A stretch of DNA of 64,000 nt from Lingula anatina (Eukaryota; Animalia; Brachiopoda): NCBI GenBank assembly GCA_051362555.1, contig CM120640.1, positions 46,478,788-46,542,787 on the forward strand. Direction: 5' to 3'. Position 1 is the first letter of the stretch, and each line of letters starts with the position of its first letter. Below are positions 36,901-48,611 of this stretch, piece after piece. The position numbers and the translations under genes were made by a program. Below the pieces are notes generated by a model. That model searched no databases and was not told the DNA's origin. It worked only from the letters and a program-made list of their open reading frames with translations.

Positions 36901-37655
36901 CTGGACAATAGATGTGTCACCCCTACTGAACCAATACTTTGAGGGAGATAAATGACTGTGGAATGATATGCTCCTGGTATCATTTTATTAACATCAAATT
37001 TCACAAAAGAAACGGTTCTGACTGAATAATTCAACTGTATCGATATTCTGACATTGCTTATATTTCGCCTCTTCAGGTTAATAACTTTGATTACTCTGAT
37101 TCAGGGGGTGACACTTCTATTGTCCAGTGTGTGTAGATGATGCTTCAGATGTGCTTTTGTAAGTTATTTATGGAAATGAATACTAAGACTTTATCCTGAA
37201 TACAAGTAGACCAAAATTATTTTGCGAAACCATAGTAATTCATTTTAAACTGCAAAGGGTAATCACTTAGGGCTAACTAAGGTCCTGGTAAAATAGGTAA
37301 AAAATGATCAACAGTACTGATACCCAGTAAAGATTTTGTAGGATATTTTTGTAAAATACACGTTTTTTATCTTTTTCATTAGGTGGTGTAGAGATAACTG
37401 CAGGTTATATTAAGATTACTATCTGTCACAAGGACAAGCATAACATAATTTTCTACCTGTTCCATTAGCAAAAGTGACGTAAACAACCACATCGTCGGGC
37501 CCGAAGGTCACATTTGTTACATCTGGAGAACCAAGAGTGTCACTGCGGAAATAGCGGTGAATTGCCTCTTTTGTAGTACCTGCCGGGAAACCTGTCACCT
37601 TTATAGCCTTCTCAGCTGAATAACTCGGCGGCGGAAAGTCGTTTTCAGATCGCAT
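21306..37655 (-). CDS. PARP14: PARP14/PARP15-like macrodomain mono-ADP-ribosyltransferase, ~1775 aa (RRM, KH-like repeats, 2 macrodomains, KH, WWE, ART)
   Basis: 22 exons in continuous frame: 37655-37457, 35303-32995, 31138-30964, 30632-30541, 30372-30297, 30115-30027, 29120-29022, 28831-28733, 27915-27796, 27526-27350, 27016-26908, 26736-26584, 26397-26290, 26150-26010, 25581-25393, 24670-24531, 24385-24304, 23523-23388, 23248-23049, 22605-22359, 21875-21778, 21595-21306. Motifs IKVTGFP/YVTF (RRM), VDVIVNS, VAFPAIGTG, GDLT, ISFPAVGTG, HWCW (WWE), IQRIQN, LFHGT, YGKGAYFA, QAYPEYLI. The start codon is tentative; the symbol indicates family, not proven orthology. Confidence 0.9.
22934..22975. 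mobile_element. 42-bp palindromic mini-MITE with 7-bp target duplication
   Basis: tgtctac|catggacataatgagagaagg-ccttctcttattatgtccatg|tgtctac; one mismatch in the palindrome. Confidence 0.7.
25787..25985. repeat. (TG)n/(CGTG)n and (CA)n microsatellites in a PARP intron
   Basis: Direct reading at 25787-25840 and ~25960-25984. Confidence 0.9.
28485..28577. mobile_element. Small MITE (~93 bp) of a dispersed family ending in ...gagccctg
   Basis: ggcccagtatctcgaaa ... tttcgagatacggagcc inverted ends; related right ends at ~32555-32590 and ~38860-38893. Confidence 0.5.
29773..29842 (+). mobile_element. Tc1/mariner transposase 5' fragment
   Basis: Translates MPRLTLEERLGALGMLEAGRNQR, resembling the Tc1-type N-terminus (MPRL..R.RAIGML.AG); truncated. 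Confidence 0.6.
30787..30948. repeat. Compound (TG)n-(AG)n microsatellite
   Basis: Direct reading. Confidence 0.9.
31311..31981. mobile_element. PIF/Harbinger-like MITE, ~670 bp
   Basis: Perfect 15-bp TIR agcccccgtcacact / agtgtgacgggggct; taa on the left, tat on the right; interior rich in (a)gaatg motifs. Confidence 0.7.
36895..37133. mobile_element. Tc1/mariner-type MITE, ~240 bp
   Basis: TIR cacacactggacaatagatgtgtcacccc / ggggtgacacttctattgtccagtgtgtg (one mismatch); tg on the left, ta on the right. Confidence 0.75.
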
Positions 37656-37947
37656 TTCTGAAACTACGGAATGGAAAGTATTGTTGTACATGTATATTCC
37701 CATACGTTCTGAGCAAAAAAATAAATTAATTAAGGAAATAAAATAAATAAAGAAGGGAAAATTCAGTTTAATTTCTGTTGAAATTACTCATTTTCTACAA
37801 AGTCGAGATATTCTTTGTCATACTGGGATTAGGGTGACTTTCTTTTATATATCTCCAAATATAGAAAAGAAAAAAAATCAGTTAAGTAAAATACACTCTA
37901 TTGAAATTTCAACTTGCCTAGGAAGGTCACATTTGTTACATCTGAAT

Positions 37948-38203
37948 GGAGCTAAATGCGTTGAAAAAATCAGACAAAGCAGGCACTTGGATGTTTTTAC
38001 AGTGTATGTTATAATTGTGTACCTGTGTTTTGTACCAAACATAAAAACATTTCAGGTCATTTTAATGTCTTTTCATGCAAGAATGTTGTCTAACAACTTG
38101 GGTTGATACAATGTTGTTATCTGACGTTGAGGCAACTTTCAAATCCAATGTTTATCCAACGTATTATTATTCAACGTTAAAACAACATAATTTGCCCGCT
38201 GGA
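37948..38203 (+). mobile_element. Right-end fragment of a CACTA/EnSpm-type element; near-identical to ~42950-43120
   Basis: ~170-bp direct repeat (ggagctaaatgc...gttgatacaatgttgtt), then caacgtt motifs and a gcccgctgga end. Confidence 0.6.
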
Positions 38204-39199
38204 ATGCTAATCAAGAGGTTGTTTTTATCGGAAAATCAATCCTGATATTTGAAGTGTTTGACACCAATAAAATGTCAAAAATAATTCAATAAGCTAACCG
38301 TACGTGTTTGGACTGACACAATTACTGATACATTGGTAGGTGGTGTTCAGTCTCACAATAACAGACACTGAGGAAGGACACGGTGTGACCGAATGCTTTG
38401 TATCTGCTTTTTCATTTTGAGTAGAAAATGAAACTTATAAACTTATGATTATTATCAATAGAATACAGATGAACTAAATTTGTTCTTAAGAAAATATAAA
38501 ATGATGTATGAAATCATTAATTTTGAATTTTTTATGCATTTTAAAACATGTGTTTAGCTTTCGTCACGTGAAAATTTACCGCAAGGTTTTCTATCAGAGG
38601 TACCGATCGAGTGACTCAATCTTTTACAAGCTTTCATGCTTTGTTATATGCTATTATGACTAGCATCCCAAACTTGCCGTCATGCTACATGAAAGACACT
38701 ATGACGAATTATGCATTCACAAAGGCCATTGCGACGGGATTTACTCATCGCAAATAATAGCCTCGAAACTAAAGGTGATACCGCTATTAGCGCTCGGTCG
38801 CAAATTTCGACGCTTTCGAGTTATGGAATAGCGGCGAATCGCCATGCTTGCACTCAGTCGCAATTCGCGATGCTTTCGAGTTATGGAGCCCTGGCATGTG
38901 CCATATATCTGCACTTCCACGAAACTGGGTAACAGCAATGGGTGATCATCTTTGAAAGTCTGTCCTGATACTTTTTGTATGTGTTTAATGTTACATTTTC
39001 CAAAATTTAAGAATATAAAACAAAATACAATGCACATTCTAAGCGGAAAGCGTGCTCACAAGATCGGCGGTGAAATCAGAGGACTAATATTAAGAATCAG
39101 GCAATTATCAAACTAGATGATGTGTGACATCATAGAATAATAATATTGAATCGAAACTAGTTAATGATGTACCATCTTCCATGCTTTAATGGGACATTA

Positions 39200-40580
39200 A
39201 TATTTCAGGTTGAGGAACAAACAGCAAGGACACTGAGCGTAGCACGTTACAACAAGGAAAGAGCGCAATCTTGCATAATGAGAGACAATGGCAGATCATT
39301 GCTTCCAGATTTGGAGATATAATGGCAGCTACAGAGAAGAACAAACTGTATGGGTCACTGCTGTGTCCAAAACCATTGCAGACACATGACAGTTGGTCCC
39401 AGACCTGATTTCCCCTTTTTGTAATGTGTATCTGGTGCTCTGCGCCTAAAGAAAACACACAAATACTAAACTCAGTTACAAGGCCAGATGTTCATCACAA
39501 ATCCTCATTCTGCTATTTTGTTGTGTGTACACGCAAAGATCTGTTTGTGGAGTTGATCCATTCTGACACTGGATATTTTTTGACATGCATTTTGCCCAGG
39601 CGCACCATATTTTATGAAAAAAACTATAGGAAGTATGTGGCAGCTAGTTTGTAGAAAGTATGAGATAGCTTAGCTGCAATCACAATTTTGAAGTGTCATT
39701 TTGAAAAACATGTTTTAGCTAAAATGAAATAATTTGGTGGTGCAATCTTTAAAGCGTTTTTAGTGCAATGAAATAATTTGATGACGCTATATTATTTACA
39801 ATACAGAACAAATATGGTTAAGCTGTTTTTTTTTCAAATTTTTTTACCGTAATAAAGTAATTTGGTGGTGTTATATTCTTTACAAAAAGTACTTATGTGG
39901 TTATGCTGTTTTTAATAATATTTAACTGTAATAAAAAAAATTCTATGATGCTATTTTGTTAAGTATTTTTGGTGGGATGAAATGTTTTGGTAGTTTTCTT
40001 TCCAGGAAATAATTTGGTTTTGCTGCTTTTTTAATGAATTTTCAAAGTGATGAAGTATTTTGGTGGTTCTATTCAAGTAAAATAATTCAGAAGTGCTATT
40101 TTGTAAAAAGAACAAAAAACTGTTCATTTGTAAAATGTTTGCTTACTTTAAATTTTATTTCTTAAACTGTTGGACATAAGAAAACGCACTTTGAGAATCA
40201 TACGTCCTAGGGGCACTTTCTCGCTATGGAGCTCTCTTTTCAAAATTTTATAAGTTTTACCAAGGTCAATAAACATTTCTACGTGTATTCTTTTTGAGGC
40301 AACTCGTCTATCTCTAATTACTGTGCCTGGGTCAAGTTGTGACTGGCCCTTTAACATGGAAGGTGTGTTGACATGGACAACCCTCAACTTCAAACGAAGC
40401 CCTGAATCCCCAGAAAAATTATGTCCACCTTGCCGACTTTGACATTCAGGTACACAACGATACTGAGGCATGTTTATTAATGAGCAGTGCCACAGTCACA
40501 GGTGTGTTATTTCCAAAATGGCTGAGGAAGAACTGAATTCACACTAGCGACACCTTGCGCCAAGCGGGCTGTTATACCCC
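39200..40580. mobile_element. Decayed ISL2EU (PIF/Harbinger-related) transposon: YqaJ-like exonuclease remnant (+) and THAP-DDE remnant (-)
   Basis: + strand: HNERQWQIIASRFGDI and FCYFVVCTRKDLFVELI..D..ILP..FY. - strand 40471-40148: MPQYRCVPEC..HNF (THAP start) joined to VASKRIHVE....KTYKIL (DDE_Tnp_4 C-terminus). A degenerate ~40-60-bp tandem repeat lies between them (~39700-40100). Confidence 0.6.
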
Positions 40581-40665
40581 ATTTTGATGCCCATGTCCCA
40601 TCGTTGTTACACAGTATCGTGGACGTGCAGATATGTAAATGCATAGCCACTTTCTCGTTAAAAAT

Positions 40666-40752
40666 GTGTGTGTGTGTGTGTGTGTGTGCGTGTGCGTGTG
40701 TGTGTGTGTGCGTGTGTGTAAGAGAGAGCGAGAGAGAGAGGAAAAGAGAGAG
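40666..40752. repeat. (TG)n-(AG)n microsatellite
   Basis: Direct reading. Confidence 0.9.
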
Positions 40753-41134
40753 AACACATAAATCAATCAAAATTTTATTTGATTATATTTGAACGAGCAC
40801 AATTTAAACGCTACTGTACTTACCCATGCACTTAGCTAGTTGGTGCTCTATATATGGTAAAATCAATATATTGCAGTTGATAGTAGCCTATGTGACGGTT
40901 GAGAACCAGCACTGCACTTTCATTTTTAAACAAGTACTCCACTAGGTTTGTTTACTGAGTCCGCACTGTTATTGACACGATCGTAAACAATGATGGTAGC
41001 TATTAGCTCAACTTGTGCCCTTCCATTGTACTTGCCAATATGGTGCGTAACAATAAACAGTGGTAACCAGGCAATGATCTGTTGATAAAAAAACATGGCT
41101 TACACAAGAAAAGAATAAGCCTGACTAGGGTCAT

Positions 41135-43120
41135 CCCAGCAGGCATAGTGACGTTGGATCAACGTTGAAAACAGGTTGATAAGTTGAATTGCCGTTGATC
41201 TACCTAAATTTAACGTAAAATCAACGTTGATCCAGCCACGTCAAAACACCGTCATAATGTGACGTTGACTTAACGTTGTATTTTGGTCATTGACCCAACG
41301 TTGTTGTTTGGTCGTCGTGATGCAAGACATGGATTGTAATTTAAGGTAGTAATTAACAGTAATTAAATTGTCAAAATTTGGGTGTTTTTCTGAATTTGTC
41401 AGTATTAGATAGATGAAATATCAACTACATATCATATCTTAAAATAATGGAAGTTTACACATAAACCCGTAATTTTAGCCTAATTGCTGATTTACCCCTG
41501 TGGTAGCGTGTCTGAGTTTTAAAGTAGGTCACACTTGTCCATATATGTGTTTGATTGGCAGCTCCACTGTGCAGCTGTATATTTCCCTGCTAAGCTGTAT
41601 ATTATTGCTGCTAAGCCTTTCACATTCTGTGAGTAACGTCCCGCTTTCACTTGCCAAACAATACTTTCCATTTTGAATTTATCAGTGAACTTAATTCTGA
41701 CGATCTATTAAAGCTTTAAAAAGCAGACATATAGATAAGACGTATATGGGCAAAGGCACTCCCCCTAGGTGTCACGTGGTGAAGAAGGCTGACGTCACGT
41801 CTAACATGGTGGCTGCTGTCAATGCATGGAGGGGGCCTCTGGTTGAAAATGTTCAATAATAATGTTGAAAATGGATGAAAGACATAGTGACAGTTACATA
41901 GGCAGTGAGTAGAGGGCTGAACCAGTATAAATAACTAAATTTCTCAGCTTGCCAATGCAGCTCACTGATTATATAACGTTGGAATCTCCGGGGAGCACTA
42001 AAAGGCTGATTTCTCCGCTTCAGTTTATGGCTTCAAGAGAACGATTTAGACCAGTGTCAAAATTAATTAGAACTCTCAACCGATGAAAGCTGGCATTCAT
42101 TCATTAGATCTAAGGTTTGTCTGAAATCATGTGTCTGGGATTTCATAACATCAGCTCTGTTTTCAACTTACACGTGCTTTAGCTAGGCTAGGGGGTCTCG
42201 TTGAACTGGAAACCAGGTTTATTTTGATATCTCTGCTAATTTAACAGATATCGCTAATTTGAGGCGCATTCTTGTTGATCCCAGTGAGGGCTCACGAGTC
42301 AAGCTGTCTACACATGTCCATTTGTAGTGGACTTCTAGTTTTTAAGGTGTAAAGATCATGTTGAGCACACCTATTAAACATTATATCTCATTACGTAACG
42401 ATTACATAATAAAATAAGGATATGAAATGAAGAGCTGTTGAAATAAGCTTTCTATTGATATGTAACATGTTGGTATATCTTGGGCGGTTTAGAATATAGT
42501 TACCCCTGTTAATTACATCCTTAAAATATTAATTATTGAAAACGTGATACTTTGTTTATCAATACTGTAACTAATTTTATCAAAATAATAAAAAAAGTGT
42601 TTTAAAGTAAAAGTGACAGTTGTTTTGTGTCTTCAGTGAATTAGTGAATTTTCTTAAGTTGTTATTCAGAAATACATTCCAATAAACTTCCTTGCAAGGT
42701 CAGCTAACACTAGGATGAATAAGTTGCTGTAAATATGATAGAGGAAGTTATCAGAGTTGACAGTTCTCGGTACCATGTTATAGATAGACAGGTTGAGGTG
42801 ACTGTGACTTTGTTATATATATAACTAACTAAACTTTGGAAATTCTGATTTAAAGGCCATACATATAATCCTTAGCCAGCAGACATGTCCTACTGCTAAA
42901 CATATCCAGGCTAAAAGGGTGTACCATGCTTAGGTGCAAAACATGCTTAGGAGCTAAATGCTTTGAAAAAAACAGACAAAGCAGGCACTTGGATGTTTTT
43001 ACAGTGAACGTTATATTTGTGTACCTGTGTTTTGTACCAAAAATAAAAACATTTCAGGTCATTTTAATGTCTTTTCATGCAAGAATGTTGTCTAACAACT
43101 GGGGTTGATACAATGTTGTT
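41135..43120 (+). mobile_element. Truncated CACTA/EnSpm-type non-autonomous element (left end present)
   Basis: Starts cccagcaggca (same terminus as the element at 52237) with caacgttg subterminal motifs; the distal part matches 37948-38120. The internal extent is inferred. Confidence 0.55.
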
Positions 43121-43579
43121 AAACAACTGGTACTTTTAATCAAGTAAGTTGAAACAATTGTGTGATGTTTACACACATCCAATCAAAAACATTGCCAGTG
43201 CAGATACGTAAGGCAGCATGTTCAAAGTTAGTAATTAGCCATTTCCATGCTTTTATCACCTTGCGACTCTTTATAAAACTTTGCAATAGTTAAGGCGTTA
43301 AATTCTCCCTTGTATGTGCAATACACAGTGCATTTTGCCTTTGCACTTTGTCAGCCTCTACATCTGCACCTACATGCACACTGGAGCAACTCCGGGCAGG
43401 TCAATAGCTTCTGGCAAATGTGTCCACAAGGGTCCACTGTTCCGCACAAGTTCAACCAGAGTGAGCACATGGTATCTGATGACATGGCACCGTAGTGCTG
43501 ATTCAGATATGTTCATCTCGCAAGAATACTCTTATATTGTTGTAGAGAAGCCTTGGTGGAAGTAAGATATGGCATCTAA

Positions 43580-44960
43580 CGGCCTTTGGGTGTGAACAGA
43601 AACTTTTGAACTTCATTGATTAACAAAAAGAATTAAAATAGAACCATGAAGGTGTTTTTAAGTTACGTGGTAGAGAATAGAAACTGACAAAATACAATGT
43701 GAAAAAACTTTTTAGAAAATATTGAACAAAATGAAAAATATCTTGGAAATCGGGTCTCTGAGAAACCTTTCAATAATAGGAAAGTCAACAGTGGTTAAAT
43801 CTTTAGTATTTCTCATCTTACGTAGTGCATGTATAAACTCTCTTACCAGCCCCCCCCCCCCCTCCCTCAATACTTAAAAATATGCATATCATATTTAACT
43901 TTATCAGGAATGGGAAAAGATACAAAATAAAATGAGCAAGGATGGCGTCTGATTACAAAAATGGACGGTAAAAGGTACCGCAAATAAAAAATTTACCAAG
44001 GCCCTAAACTTTACATGGCTTAAAAGACTTCTTTATGAAAAAATAAGAGTAAGTGGAGAGCGTTTTTCTCGGCGAAATGTCAGGAATCGGTAGTAACAAA
44101 AGGTGGATTAAAAATACTAAAAGCAACTTCTAATCCCTTTTGGCAAAGATTATTGGTTCTTTGAGTGAAATTCAGGAAAATTTCAATTTAACCCCAGATG
44201 AAATCCTATCACAACCATTATGACAAAAATCCCAAAATTGAAAGAAATTGAAAAACTATTTTCCATAAAAGATGGTGTATAAATGTTTTTTTTTTACATC
44301 AATGACATTATAAATGACATTTGAAATCCCCTCTGTCTAGAGGAACTCAACAAAAATTCAACCTTATCACTAACTTTCTGGGCTAATTCAGCATCCAAAA
44401 GAGCTTACCATCTGAATGGCTATCTCTTCCCATGGAAGAAAATTACTCATAGCATTCCAAGAAATATTTGACTCAATTAAACAAGTTACCAAACCATCCA
44501 GATATTTTTTCGCAAAAAAATCCCCCAAAGCCATACAATATCACCAGATAAAGGTGTAGGTGAATGGCAGACATATTAAAAAAAACTTGAGTACTGATAA
44601 TTGGGAACTAACATTTAAGAAACAGATCACACGAAAATGAAGTTGCTCCAATTCAGAATAAATCATAGAATATTCAATACTTATGCTTATCTTATGAATT
44701 TGAGAATTTTGCAATACTGCTAGGGAAAATATTCTGTACGTTTTTTTTTTTTTGGATTGTCCACATGTAAAAAATGTTTGGATGTGCATCATTTGTCCCG
44801 CTAAAGATAATTTAGGTGTGCACGTGGTCATTGATAGATCTCCGGAGATATTTGTATTTGGGTTTGTGCAAGCATACACTATTTATGTACCTATCTTAAT
44901 AATTAAGAAACATGTTGGTATATGTAGAATGGGAACAGGAAGATGGGAAGGAACTGGTGG
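43580..44960 (+). mobile_element. Decayed L1/Tx1-clade LINE ORF2 3' fragment
   Basis: Frameshifted remnants RNLSIIGKSTVVKSL, NGKR.KIK, DYKNG, WLKRLL, NPFWQ and FLDCPHVKNVW (zinc-binding end); many stop codons. Confidence 0.65.
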
Positions 44961-45359
44961 TTATGTAAAATGCTACAGAGATATCTGTAAATATATTATT
45001 AGATATATATTATTAAATATATAATGTTAAATACTTGTTGCTAGGATAATATGCTGCCTAGCAACTGTTGCAATGGTTTACTTGGGTTTTCAATGTCTTA
45101 AAATAGTATAGTGATAGTTCTGATGGCTTGAAACATTATTAAAAGCCTTTTTAAATCATTTAAACCTAACAAGAAAGGTCCAATTAGCTTTTTACTAAGG
45201 TAAATCACTTCCTTAGCAACGGTTGCTAAGCAACGCTTCGAAATTTTGGGCACTACCCTTGAAAATGATCAGCATAGTCCAAAGAACATTTGTGCCAAGT
45301 TTCATGCTTTTTCCACCTTTTGAGCAATTTTTGCACCAGTCATCTAGACTAACGGGGCC

Positions 45360-46125
45360 CTGTACGGTCTGACAAGAAAGGTCGACTATGTTTTTACATG
45401 TAGTTACAAGGAAACCCAATTTAAGTAATGGTTTCCTTATTTCCCACAATATTTCGAATAAAATGTGTCACTTCTGGGTCCCACGAGGGTGCACTTATGA
45501 AAAATTGTATCACAGAAAGGTTAATAAATCATGCATTGTGTGTCCGATTAAAATTAACAAAGCCAAGGGAATCTACTCTGTGTGGGAGTAACGATGTGGG
45601 GAAGTGACGGTGCGAGGCAGCATCGGTACGGGGATGTAGCCAATTTACTTGGACTACTGTGATTTATCCATGTTGAATGTAGACTAAAACGAATACAAGT
45701 GTGAGAAAGCGTGCGTGAGTATATGAATACAAGAAGTATAGATACATGTATATAGATATTTGTAATGTGTTGTTTTGTTTTGTTTTGAGTGACATAATAA
45801 ATAAACTAAAAAATGTGGACTATAACAGGTCCCAGATGTGAAATCTGTTCATGAATACTGTGCACGTGTGTCCTTAGCATTGCAGGTACATGTACCCCAG
45901 ACTCCATCTCCCTCCCCATGTAAAAAAAAAACAGTAAAACAAGCAAAATGAGACAAAATTATGTGTTTATCATACAAAGAGTAGAAGGTAAAACAGTCTA
46001 GCCTACTATTTCATATTTGCTGAACATAGTGAGGCAAACTCTTTTATCCTTTTACCCTCCGCCTGCTTTTCATTTCGTTTCATCACGACAAAAATAACGT
46101 AGGTCTACATGTACTACCGGTACCC
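45360..46125 (+). repeat. Diverged duplicate of the GT92 flanks (matches 47750-48305 and 50021-50069) without the ORF
   Basis: ctgtacggtctga...gtgtgtccttagcat block occurs twice; gtttcatcacgacaaaaata..tagg.ctacatgtactaccggt occurs at 46077 and 50021. Confidence 0.8.
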
Positions 46126-47159
46126 AACAGTAACCGTAGCACGTTTTACATGTACTTGTTAACTAGTGGTTCTTAAAATCGCCTAGGGAAAGCATAAATT
46201 TTAAAATGTAACACATCCACGAAGTCTACGAGTACATGGTAACAAGCGTCTGACATGTGCAGAGAAGTTTATTGTAATATATATTGTTCTTATTGTTACA
46301 TTATTAAATCTAACCAAGTAGTAACTGTATCCAAGTAGTAACTATACTGTACCAAGTCAGGTACTGATGATGTGTAGAGGTCATGTATTCCAGAATAAGC
46401 CATTACCACTAATTTATAACTTTAATTTTGTTTAATATGTTATTCATGAAAGAGTTCATGAAAGATAATTTTAATTTGTTAAATCGTGATCTTATTCTTT
46501 TTATATTCAAATAATTGAATAATGTGGGTAAAATTGGTCTTCCACTTCTTATTTGCATTTTTCCTTTACTACAAGATTATTTTGGAACAGTAGCAGCACT
46601 AAAATTTAAAATAAATAGCAATCCGAAAGAAGAATTTTGCATTATTATTAAATGATGATAGAAATTTTGGATTAAGAGATTAGTTAAATACTGAGTAGTG
46701 ATATTGTCAGTCAATTTATGTAGAATCTGATAATATGATTGAAAATACTGATTGAATTCTTGGCCTTGCACTGGGCAGTTTCACATTTGTGCCAAGTGCT
46801 TTTTTTGGACTCCATTGTACAGTGGTAAAAGTTCTTCAATTGCCATGAAAGTTTTTAATCAGACTCTGTATGGTGCTGCTATCTGCTGGTGCTATCGGCA
46901 ACGAATTAGTTTGCCTTTGTTTCTGAGTGAATCTACGTCTAAAATCACTATTTCTGAAAATATGTGCGTTTTGCTGAGGGTAGGCTAGGCAATACACGGC
47001 AAACTTCTTAGTACGTGTGTACAACAGAATTTTTTAAAAAACCCTAGCGATATTTGGTCAGGAGTTGCTTGAAGCATAGCACAGGCCGTTAGTTTGTCAA
47101 TTATCACGAATTACCCACGAATCGCGAACCCATTCATTTTCCTATGGCAATCTAGCAAC

Positions 47160-47230
47160 TCATTAAAAGTGCACGCATGCGCAGTGGACTAAGCGTGACA
47201 TCATGCAGTGCATTTCTGGGGATGTGAGGA
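47160..47230. promoter_or_regulatory. CpG-enriched promoter-like segment (NRF1-like and ZNF143/Staf-like motifs)
   Basis: gcacgcatgcgca at ~47171-47183 and gcatttctgggatgt at ~47210-47224. Confidence 0.3.
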
Positions 47231-48611
47231 AAAGCCTTTAGTGCGTAATTTATCTTCGGCTTAAAGGTACATACGAACCGAGCATCGGTGTAGCGTGGAT
47301 TCCCAGTTACACATGTAAACCACTTCTACTAGATTCTTATATGACTCAAATAAATTCGACATGCCAAGGGTTAAACTGAATAGATCACTCGATCAGCCAT
47401 AAAAGACCTTTAGACTGCTCCTTTCTTTAAATTTTTGGTTGTAAATTTAACCTACTTTCGTGACCTACTTTCCTGCCCAATTGACATACAGCTTAGAATG
47501 CCAGCAGAAAAATCCGTTCAAACATCATTTTCGGGTAAAATTAAACAATGCCTTTTGGTAATTCTCTTAGTTATACGACTTGAAACTATATGCTGGCATT
47601 TGGTTGGTTTTTGTGACAAAAAATTGACTTTGTATGCATCTTTAAACAAAAAAGGTAAATAAAGGTTGTATAATCTGTATATATGCCGTACTCAACAATA
47701 AAGAACAAGGTTAAGTATACAGACACTGCTTAAAAATCACAAAGAAGAGCTGTACGGTCTGAAGTAAAAGGTCAACTATGTTTTTACATGTAGGTACAAA
47801 GCAACCCAATTTAAGTAATTGTTTCCTTTATTTTTCCACAAGATTTCGAATAAATTGTGTCTTTTTTGGGTCCCAAGGGGGTGCACTTATGAAAAATCGT
47901 ATTACAGAAAGGTTTATAAAACATGTATTTTTAAAAAATTTAATCAAAATCAACAAAGCCAATGAAATCTACGTTGTGTGTGAGTAACGATGTGGGGGAG
48001 TGAGGGTGCGAGGCAGTGTCAGTGCATGTACGTATCGGGATGTACAACATAGCCAATTTACTTGGACTACTGTGATTTATCTAGGGTCAATGTAGACTAT
48101 TTAAAACGCATACAAGTGTACGTGTGTGAAAGTGTGTGTGAGTATATGAATACAAGAAGTATAAATACATGTACATAGATAGATATGGATTTTTGTAATA
48201 TATTGTTTTTGGGTGGTATGATAAATAGACTAAAAATGTGAACTAAAACAGGCCCCATATGTAAATACTGTGCATGAATACTGTGCACGTGTGTGTCCTT
48301 AGCATGGGAAAAAAAGGTGTTTCGTGGGATGTTGCAGCTTGCACATCAAAAACAGAACATGGGTTACTGTTAATTTATTCAATATCCTAATTCTATATCA
48401 TAACAGTCTGACTCGATTTTCCAAAGACCCCATTAAATATGAAAATATATGAATAAATAAAATAAAAATTTACCCACCCTCATCCTTTGACATTTTAACA
48501 TGCATTGTTTAATCTCCTGTATACATATATAACTATATATTTTACTCAACATTAAGGTGGTTAATTAATTTTTTTCCTTTTCCAATGTTGCACGTTTTCT
48601 CAGTCATAGGC

